A DNA stretch of 33,091 nucleotides from a virus: the UHGV virus genome UHGV-0073014, one strand, 5' to 3'. Made by a program: the position numbers and the translations under genes. The notes under the pieces are model-generated. The model worked only from the letters and a program-made list of their open reading frames with translations. It had not been told where the DNA came from and ran no database searches. This document shows, piece after piece, positions 26,778 to 33,091 of this stretch; the stretch's first letter is position 1, and the number at the start of each line of letters is the position of its first letter.

Positions 26778-27607
26778 TACGCAATCTCCAGTTCGAGCTG
26801 TGAAGGCTGCAAACCATTCGACAGCCAATCAGAAACTGAAGGTGGGCGAACAGCTTCAATTGCACCTTTTAAAATTGCGCAACGGTTTTTCAGAATGACA
26901 GCTTTCAGCTCCTTTTCCGTCAGATTGCGCGAATACTCAGCCTCCTGAATAGCCCGCGTCAGCTCAGGATATTTGCTATTAAATTTGGGGACATTGCAGG
27001 CAAGATTTGTACTGTCGGCAGTCGCCAGTGGGTAATTTCCCAACACACGACCGTCAAGCATGCGCAAACCATGAACAGCTGTTTTGAAATTGTGTCGGCA
27101 ATAAATTGCTTCAAAAGCGTCCTGCATACGACGATGCCAGTGCGCAGTTCTGATAGCCGCATATTCACCAGACGATCCAAAGCAGACACGAGGCCATTCA
27201 CGACATAGCTCGATAAGCCGATCGATTGACTCGTGCATATGCCAGACGGGAGTTGCCTTCCCGTAGAACATTTTCGGAACTTCGTTTATCAGGGCATCAT
27301 TGTCACGTTCACCTCCGTCCACAACATCAGGAATGACAAAAAAAGCGACCTTAGGATGGTGGTAATAGTTCAGGAGCCATTTATAAAAATCACTCCAGTT
27401 AATTTTTAGCCCACGCACCCATGCAGAAAATGCGCCGTTATCAATGCCGACGACCTGAGCGTGCTGAATGGACGCCGCAATCTGATCTGGTCGTACATAG
27501 GAGACGAAAGCGCCAGCTCCGCTCACCGCAATACGATGAACGTCGCCAGCACTTCCCCAGACAGGCGTCCCATGGAAATGATGAATTCCGTGGTGCATTT
27601 CTTTCAC
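26777..27607 (-). CDS. hypothetical protein, possible TGT/DpdA-like DNA-modifying enzyme
   Basis: 276 aa; local motifs PVWG...[12 protein letters not shown]...[10 protein letters not shown]...AVHGL loosely resemble the tRNA-guanine transglycosylase barrel (PVGT, DSGGF, GVG); translationally coupled to dam. Weak, unverified. Confidence 0.3.
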   Translation of the reverse strand: MKEMHHGIHHFHGTPVWGSAGDVHRIAVSGAGAFVSYVRPDQIAASIQHAQVVGIDNGAFSAWVRGLKINWSDFYKWLLNYYHHPKVAFFVIPDVVDGGERDNDALINEVPKMFYGKATPVWHMHESIDRLIELCREWPRVCFGSSGEYAAIRTAHWHRRMQDAFEAIYCRHNFKTAVHGLRMLDGRVLGNYPLATADSTNLACNVPKFNSKYPELTRAIQEAEYSRNLTEKELKAVILKNRCAILKGAIEAVRPPSVSDWLSNGLQPSQLELEIA

Positions 27608-28458
27608 ACTTGCACCCCGAAAATAACAGTAGAGTCACGTCCCCTACTAAAATCGGCACTAAACCAATTAGCAGATTTAGTGGCAATCATCTCTGTTGCA
27701 AATTTTCCCTCCCCCGCTGCAACGCCGATGCTGCGTTTCGCCCTGATGTAGTGGTGAGTGAAATTACGATAAAGGGACCGGGTCAAAGACGTGTTACTGT
27801 TAGAAACAATGACCGGATGTCCTTCTGATGACCGATGTTCAAGAATGGATGCCAGGTGATACTGATCATCTTCAGTGAAACCATCAGTGTGATAGCCGGA
27901 AAACGTACCGTCATAAGGCGGATCGCAATACACCACATCCCCCACCTTCAACATCGCCAGCGTTTCATCAAAGCTGGCGCAGATAAACGTTGCCCGCTGG
28001 GCTTTCTCTGCAAATGCGCGAATTTCTTTTTCAGGGAAATACGGATTTTTATAATTACCGTAGGGAATGTTGAAATGTCCGCTCTTGTTATAGCGACATA
28101 AACCACGGTAACCGTGACGATTGAGATACAGGAAATATACCGCTTTCATGAAATCAGTAATTTCAGTGGAGTAATTAAACTCCTGCCTTATGTTGTAATA
28201 AGCTACCTCCCTGTTTGCTTCCTCAAATAAAGCTCTGGCACGAGATATAAACGCCTCACAATCAGCAGCAACCTTTTTATAGAGGTTGATTAAATCAGGA
28301 TTAATATCCGCAACAAGATAGCTGGGGTAATCCGTCTCCATCATCACTGCACAGGAACCCGCGAAAGGTTCAACCAGTCGCGGGCCAGCAGGAAGATGCT
28401 TTTTCAGTTCGGACATTATGGCGGTTTTATTTCCTGCCCATTTCAGGATGGTGCTCAT
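27604..28458 (-). CDS. dam: DNA adenine methyltransferase (Dam-like)
   Basis: ILKWAGNK near the N-terminus and a DPPY catalytic motif; start at MSTILKW overlaps the upstream stop. Confidence 0.9.
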   Translation of the reverse strand: MSTILKWAGNKTAIMSELKKHLPAGPRLVEPFAGSCAVMMETDYPSYLVADINPDLINLYKKVAADCEAFISRARALFEEANREVAYYNIRQEFNYSTEITDFMKAVYFLYLNRHGYRGLCRYNKSGHFNIPYGNYKNPYFPEKEIRAFAEKAQRATFICASFDETLAMLKVGDVVYCDPPYDGTFSGYHTDGFTEDDQYHLASILEHRSSEGHPVIVSNSNTSLTRSLYRNFTHHYIRAKRSIGVAAGEGKFATEMIATKSANWFSADFSRGRDSTVIFGVQV

Positions 28459-28682
28459 ACAGCACCTCCGTTGTAATGTTTGCCTTTCAGCTCTGCGATT
28501 TCCTGACAGGTAATGCAAAGCTGCACACCCGGAATGGCACGGCGGCGTGCTGGCGGAATTGGCGCTTCACACTCAACGCAAAGCACGCGGGACACGCCCG
28601 GCATTTTGGCACGGGCAGCACGGATATGGCGTTGGCGTTCTTCTTCAACGCGCTGCTGTACGAGATCCATTGCATCAGCCAT
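28455..28682 (-). CDS. TraR/DksA-family C4 zinc-finger protein
   Basis: 75 aa with CVEC-x16-CITC, as in phage TraR-like proteins. Confidence 0.75.
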   Translation of the reverse strand: MADAMDLVQQRVEEERQRHIRAARAKMPGVSRVLCVECEAPIPPARRRAIPGVQLCITCQEIAELKGKHYNGGAV

Positions 28683-28921
28683 CAGTGGATCTCCTGCGCT
28701 TCGTTCTGGATTGCTTCAGCAGTCACACGCAGCAGTTCTGCCGCTTCGACGTGGTTTAGCTGGCGGGAGGTGATATGACACGCCAGGCTATCGAGGCGAG
28801 CAGCCATTGCTTCAGCCCTTGCCCGGCGTTCTTCCAGACGAGCCTCTGTCAGTAAAAGATTAAGACCTGCATCATCCGGTCCGGTTTTGGTCGTGAGGGT
28901 TTCAATATTACGCATAAGCAA
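28682..28921 (-). CDS. hypothetical early-region protein
   Basis: 79 aa ORF co-oriented and abutting neighbouring early genes. Confidence 0.5.
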   Translation of the reverse strand: MLMRNIETLTTKTGPDDAGLNLLLTEARLEERRARAEAMAARLDSLACHITSRQLNHVEAAELLRVTAEAIQNEAQEIH

Positions 28922-28982
28922 TTCTCCTGAATTTAGATAAAGGGATGCCCGGCGGGTTTACGCCATTAATTTCATTAATTGG

Positions 28983-29324
28983 TTAATTCGGCATGGTTAG
29001 CCGTCTGGGAAATAAGCTCACCACTGCACGAAAATGATTCATTGCTTTAATCAACTCCCGCTTTTCGTCAGTGGTCAGCTCATTAATGCTGATGCTATGA
29101 CGTTCAGCTGGAATTTTTGCCATAAAGAATATGGCAGCCAGTGCCCGTTTATTTTGTTCATTATTGATATCCCGAGGATCACGCATATCTTTAATAAACC
29201 GCTCAAGCTCTGACTCAATATTCAAACCAAAAACTTTCGCCCTTAACTCCGCAATATGATTAAGTCCATTCAGGCGTTCACCGGGTCTTAATGGAACAGT
29301 CGCCGCAGCGCCTTCAATAGCCAT
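28983..29324 (-). CDS. hypothetical early-region protein
   Basis: 113 aa ORF in the early operon. Confidence 0.5.
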   Translation of the reverse strand: MAIEGAAATVPLRPGERLNGLNHIAELRAKVFGLNIESELERFIKDMRDPRDINNEQNKRALAAIFFMAKIPAERHSISINELTTDEKRELIKAMNHFRAVVSLFPRRLTMPN

Positions 29325-29518
29325 TTGTTCCCCCGTTTTTTCGTAGATAGTTCTGCCAGCAATTCATCTTGTGAACGGCACGGATGCCAGCGTTTACCAT
29401 CCTCACCCATGATCCAGCCGTGACCGTAGTGCATTGCCGGACTTTGTTTTACCAGCAGCGATGCAAATGATGGTTCGTTCGTCAGCATAAGCACCTCACA
29501 GCAAACCGAATGAAGCAC
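29288..29518 (-). CDS. hypothetical small protein (start uncertain)
   Basis: 76 aa ORF downstream of the CII-like gene; overlaps its neighbours. Confidence 0.35.
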   Translation of the reverse strand: MLHSVCCEVLMLTNEPSFASLLVKQSPAMHYGHGWIMGEDGKRWHPCRSQDELLAELSTKKRGNKWLLKALRRLFH

Positions 29519-30011
29519 CGAGGCCAGTCACGGTATCAACTGCACTCGCCATCGCAGGATTAGCCTGTAAACGGGCCTGCAATGAAACAGCAGCCAGCGC
29601 CATCAGTCGTGTAACAGAGTTAATGCTGCTGATCGCATCACGACGGCCTGCACTGGTTTTTACATCGCCAGAAACCGCACCTGCCGCGACACGCCCTATC
29701 TCTGCAGTTGCACTCATGACGTAATGCGGCAGTTTCTCTTTTGCTACCTCATTAATCGGTACACATGGCAGGCAGTGAATCTGTGCCAGAAAGCCATCTA
29801 CCAGCGTTGAATCTTCAGTCAGATCGGTAAGCAACCAGATTTCTGGTGCGGTTAATAAATGAGGTTGAGCTGGGTTCAGCTTGTTCCGCAGAATCTGCAC
29901 ATTCATGCCTGCACGTTCTGCCAGTTGCACTAGGTTGTGGCGCAATGCGAATGCACGACAGGCTTCATCAAAATGTGGATGTTTGGAAACTTGGTAATCA
30001 AACATGGTCAA
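29496..30011 (-). CDS. cII: CII-like transcriptional activator (coliphage 186 CII family)
   Basis: N-terminus [19 protein letters not shown] and C-terminus TGLGASFGL match recalled 186 CII. Confidence 0.8.
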   Translation of the reverse strand: MTMFDYQVSKHPHFDEACRAFALRHNLVQLAERAGMNVQILRNKLNPAQPHLLTAPEIWLLTDLTEDSTLVDGFLAQIHCLPCVPINEVAKEKLPHYVMSATAEIGRVAAGAVSGDVKTSAGRRDAISSINSVTRLMALAAVSLQARLQANPAMASAVDTVTGLGASFGLL

Positions 30012-30037
30012 TGCCTCTGATGTATTTCAGAATCGAA

Positions 30038-30259
30038 CTAATTAAGGTTTAGATTGCATTCTGAAAGCGCATCAACGGTCATGGCTGCTATGTTGATCAT
30101 CACTTTTTCACGTTTTTTATCTTTGCGCAGACGGTGACGGATAAGGCGTCCGTCAGCCAACATGTCATTGATGGTATCGATGGACAGCCCTGTCAGCTCG
30201 CTATAGCGTTCAATAGTCACATGAGGCGTGGTAAGAGTGATTGAAATGTTAGGTCTCAT
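30038..30259 (-). CDS. apl: Apl/Cox-like excisionase and transcriptional regulator
   Basis: 73 aa, HTH-like, first gene of the lytic operon, divergent from the repressor gene. Confidence 0.7.
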   Translation of the reverse strand: MRPNISITLTTPHVTIERYSELTGLSIDTINDMLADGRLIRHRLRKDKKREKVMINIAAMTVDALSECNLNLN

Positions 30260-30378
30260 GATGCAACATTCCTCGTTTAATGATGATTAATCAGGACGAA
30301 TACGGATCGTTTGTATTTTGTGAACACCATAAACATACGATCGCACATTGAAATCGTCAAGATAAAAGTTCACTTGGA
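30260..30378. promoter_or_regulatory. lysis/lysogeny switch region between apl and cI
   Basis: 119 bp AT-rich intergenic region between divergent regulators; contains palindrome TGATTAATCA. Confidence 0.5.
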
Positions 30379-30954
30379 GTGACCATGAATTTGGAGAAAG
30401 GCGGACGAGGCGCTATAGAGCGCATGGTAGAAGCTTATGGATTCAAAACTCGACAGGCGTTGTGCGATCATTTAGGAATCTCTAAAAGTACACTCGCCAC
30501 ACGCTACATGCGTGACTCATTCCCAGCAGAATGGGTAATCCAGTGCGCCCTTGAAACGGGCACCTCGCTTAATTGGCTCACAACCGGACATGGTTCAAAG
30601 CAAACTTCAGGTAATACAAATACTATGGAAGTTGCTAAATATGTATTATCTGATGGTGCCTTGCGTGAAGACGGTTTTTATATTTTTGATAAGGGGTTTC
30701 TACCCTCTACGTTTAAAAAACCTTTTGTCATCACAGATAACAATTCTGAATTTATTTGTGATAAAGAATTTGATGATATACGTGACGGTAAATGGGTAAT
30801 AAGTATTGATGGCGAAATAACAATCCGCGACATTACTCGTTTACCCGGTGGAAGAATCTTCGTTGAAGGTGGAAACAGAGCCTTCGAGTGCAAGATAGAA
30901 GATGTTGAAATAATTGGGAAAATTATAAGTTTAACAATTAAGTACGTTAGGTAA
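30379..30954 (+). CDS. cI: CI-like immunity repressor (186 CI family)
   Basis: 191 aa with N-terminal HTH; EAYGF and CALETG..L.WL.TG.G motifs recalled from 186 CI. Confidence 0.8.
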   Translation: MTMNLEKGGRGAIERMVEAYGFKTRQALCDHLGISKSTLATRYMRDSFPAEWVIQCALETGTSLNWLTTGHGSKQTSGNTNTMEVAKYVLSDGALREDGFYIFDKGFLPSTFKKPFVITDNNSEFICDKEFDDIRDGKWVISIDGEITIRDITRLPGGRIFVEGGNRAFECKIEDVEIIGKIISLTIKYVR

Positions 30955-30969
30955 TACCGGGAGGAAACT

Positions 30970-31161
30970 ATGCTTGGTAAGGTATTTTTTGTGGTTTTAT
31001 CATGCTCTTTGTTATTAAACCCACTAACTACCTATGCTAAAAATTATCCTTGTTCTGGGAAAAAGGGAGGTGTCTCTCACTGTACCTCCGATGGAAAGTT
31101 CGTTTGCAATGATGGAACTATTAGTAAATCAAAAAAAATCTGTACTAAAAACTCGCGATAA
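30970..31161 (+). CDS. small secreted Cys-rich protein (cargo between cI and int)
   Basis: 63 aa; signal peptide [23 protein letters not shown]; four Cys in the mature part; SD GGGAGG upstream; AT-rich. Confidence 0.5.
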   Translation: MLGKVFFVVLSCSLLLNPLTTYAKNYPCSGKKGGVSHCTSDGKFVCNDGTISKSKKICTKNSR

Positions 31162-31347
31162 ATTTTGCTTTTATATCTGCGCCTAATATAACAATGAGCC
31201 GCAGGCTAACCGCAAAAGTCACATACTCACATAGCAAAAAATAGCCAACTTCATTATGGCTTCAGTGAGATGTATGGTCGCAGGATTTCATACATTGACA
31301 CTGGTTATACATACAGTAAAAATGCTCTCTATTGGAGGGCATTTTTT

Positions 31348-32400
31348 ATGGCAGTACGAAAACTCACCACAGGAAAATGGCTTTGCGAATGTTACCCCGC
31401 CGGACGTAGTGGACGCCGTGTGCGTAAACAATTCGCCACCAAAGGCGAAGCTCTGGCTTTTGAGCGTCACACGATGGAAGAAACCGAAGCAAAGCCCTGG
31501 CTGGGCGAATCAGTGGATCGTCGGACATTGAAAGACGTGGTTGAGCTATGGTTCAAACTACATGGTAAATCTCTAACCGCTGGGCAGCATGTCTATGACA
31601 AATTGCTGTTGATGGTTGATGCTCTGGGCAATCCTCTTGCAACCGATCTCACCTCTAAAATGTTTGCCCACTATCGAGATAAACGCCTGACAGGCGAGAT
31701 CTACTTCAGCGAGAAATGGAAGAAAGGAGCAAGCCCGGTCACCATTAACCTGGAGCAAAGCTATCTAAGTAGTGTTTTTAGCGAACTATCCCGTCTGGGC
31801 GAATGGTCGTATCCGAACCCACTGGAGAACATGCGAAAATTCACCATCGCAGAAAAAGAGATGGCATGGCTTACCCATGAGCAGATTGTTGAATTGCTGG
31901 CTGATTGCAAACGTCAGGACCCAATTCTGGCACTGGTAGTTAAGATATGCTTAAGCACAGGCGCACGCTGGCGTGAAGCCGTAAATCTTACCCGCTCACA
32001 GGTGACCAAATACCGAATTACCTTTGTCAGAACGAAGGGGAAGAAAAACAGAAGCATCCCTATCAGTAAAGAGCTTTACGAAGAGATCATGGCGCTTGAT
32101 GGGTTCAATTTCTTCACAGACTGCTATTTTCAATTTTTATCCGTGATGGAAAAAACGTCTATCGTGCTCCCTCGCGGTCAACTGACACACGTTCTGCGCC
32201 ATACGTTTGCGGCGCACTTCATGATGTCGGGTGGAAACATTCTGGCCTTACAAAAAATTCTTGGACACCACGATATAAAAATGACTATGCGTTACGCACA
32301 TCTGGCACCGGATCATCTGGAAACGGCGCTCCGTTTCAATCCTCTGGCAACGCTGCCAAATGGCGACAAAGTGGCGGCAGCGGTTGGCATTACCCCGTAA
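31348..32400 (+). CDS. int: tyrosine integrase
   Basis: C-terminal catalytic signature R...HxLRHT...Y (HVLRHTFAAHF, MRYAHL); start at MAVRKLTTGKW preceded by GGAGGG. Confidence 0.9.
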   Translation: MAVRKLTTGKWLCECYPAGRSGRRVRKQFATKGEALAFERHTMEETEAKPWLGESVDRRTLKDVVELWFKLHGKSLTAGQHVYDKLLLMVDALGNPLATDLTSKMFAHYRDKRLTGEIYFSEKWKKGASPVTINLEQSYLSSVFSELSRLGEWSYPNPLENMRKFTIAEKEMAWLTHEQIVELLADCKRQDPILALVVKICLSTGARWREAVNLTRSQVTKYRITFVRTKGKKNRSIPISKELYEEIMALDGFNFFTDCYFQFLSVMEKTSIVLPRGQLTHVLRHTFAAHFMMSGGNILALQKILGHHDIKMTMRYAHLAPDHLETALRFNPLATLPNGDKVAAAVGITP

Positions 32401-32504
32401 TAACCACCACTGACCACCAATCCAACTTATTGTTTTTACTCTAACTTATTGTTTTCATTAACCCGTTTACATAAATGGGTTTTTTGTTATCTAAAACTTA
32501 TCTA
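32401..32504. other. putative prophage-host junction (att region) with direct repeats and an int terminator
   Basis: 13 bp direct repeat AACTTATTGTTTT at 32424..32436 and 32443..32455; ACCACCA twice; hairpin plus T6 at 32462..32486. Confidence 0.4.
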
Positions 32505-33071
32505 CTACCCTGCAACCCTCTCAACCATCCTCAAAATCTCCTCGCGCGATAGCGGCTTACGGTCGGTGACAAAATGCAGCGTCATCCCCTCAATAAACGC
32601 ATCAAGCGCGCGGGCGGTTCCGGGTTCAAACCATTGTTCGAGCGTTTGCTGACTGCGCTGCATCCAGTTTTGCATTACCGTTTTTAATAGCGGTTTTCGG
32701 CTAGCCAGCGCGTAGAGCTGGTACATCAGCTCCATATTATCCGGCGTTGCAACCTGTGAGCTGTAGATCATATCGGTGATAGCCTGGCATGCGCCTTGAG
32801 CATCACTAACATCGCTAAAAAATGCCTGATATTGCCGGGACATAATCTCAGTAAAACTGCTGAACGCCTCCAGCAACAACTCATCAATTCCTGAAAAATA
32901 GTAGGTCATCGATCCCAACGGTACCCCGGCAAGGGTAGCAATTTTGCGGTGCGTAACAGCATGTATTCCGTAAAGTTTCACCGCCTCCAGCGTGGCCTGG
33001 ATAATTTTTTCTCGCCGTTGCGGATCGTTAGCGCGACGCATGTCATTTCCTCTCTCTGCAATTGTGTACAA
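32505..33071 (-). CDS. TetR-family transcriptional regulator, likely host gene
   Basis: 188 aa with N-terminal TetR-type HTH ([20 protein letters not shown]); ordinary GC content, outside the phage gene order. Confidence 0.75.
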   Translation of the reverse strand: MYTIAERGNDMRRANDPQRREKIIQATLEAVKLYGIHAVTHRKIATLAGVPLGSMTYYFSGIDELLLEAFSSFTEIMSRQYQAFFSDVSDAQGACQAITDMIYSSQVATPDNMELMYQLYALASRKPLLKTVMQNWMQRSQQTLEQWFEPGTARALDAFIEGMTLHFVTDRKPLSREEILRMVERVAG

Positions 33072-33091
33072 ATGTACACAACCTTGCTAAT

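Larger units (their letters stand above)
1..32500 (-). mobile_element. P2/186-family prophage, partial: late region through integrase and att junction; the ogr-side end lies left of the window
   Basis: Contiguous P2-type gene order (D,U,T,E,FII,FI,H,I,J,W,V,S,R,lysis genes,X,L,M,N,O,P,Q) followed by A, regulators and int; a host-like TetR gene follows at 32505. Confidence 0.9.

Noticed and set aside
32401-32504. tRNA gene at the integration site
   Set aside because: No sequence between int and the TetR-family gene has tRNA-like length or a recognisable acceptor stem or T-arm.
1-33091. CRISPR array or rRNA genes
   Set aside because: No regularly spaced direct repeats with unique spacers and no rRNA-like sequence seen; the only repeats are the tail-fibre inverted repeats, short att-region direct repeats and two homopolymers.

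Overview
The window is almost entirely one P2/186-family myovirus prophage of an enterobacterial (E. coli-like) host, lying in reverse orientation, and ends at a host junction next to a TetR-family gene. Left to right: tail genes D-U-T-E/E'-FII-FI (minus strand); a Gin/Pin-type serine invertase with a 1.58 kb invertible tail-fibre segment bounded by perfect 34 bp inverted repeats; baseplate genes H-I-J-W-V; tail completion S and R; lysis cassette (lysC nested in lysB, lysA, SAR-type endolysin, small holin); head genes X-L-M-N-O; terminase P and portal Q (plus strand); a cos-like site; then a 186-like early region (LexA-box-controlled small ORF plus DinI-like gene, replication gene A, Dam methylase, CII-, Apl- and CI-like regulators, integrase). 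The most interesting part is an AT-rich cargo island on both sides of the cos-like site: a 353 aa PIN-like-domain protein inserted between portal Q and cos, and a 239 aa HNH-nuclease protein on the other side, where P2 carries old/tin. Both are candidate anti-phage defence genes of unassigned family. Other points: a G10 homopolymer that breaks the tape-measure reading frame, a G8 tract in the invertase ribosome-binding region, a canonical T-TTT-TTG slippery site for E/E', and a possible TGT/DpdA-like gene next to dam. All protein identifications are from reading the translations against remembered family features; no database search was run.
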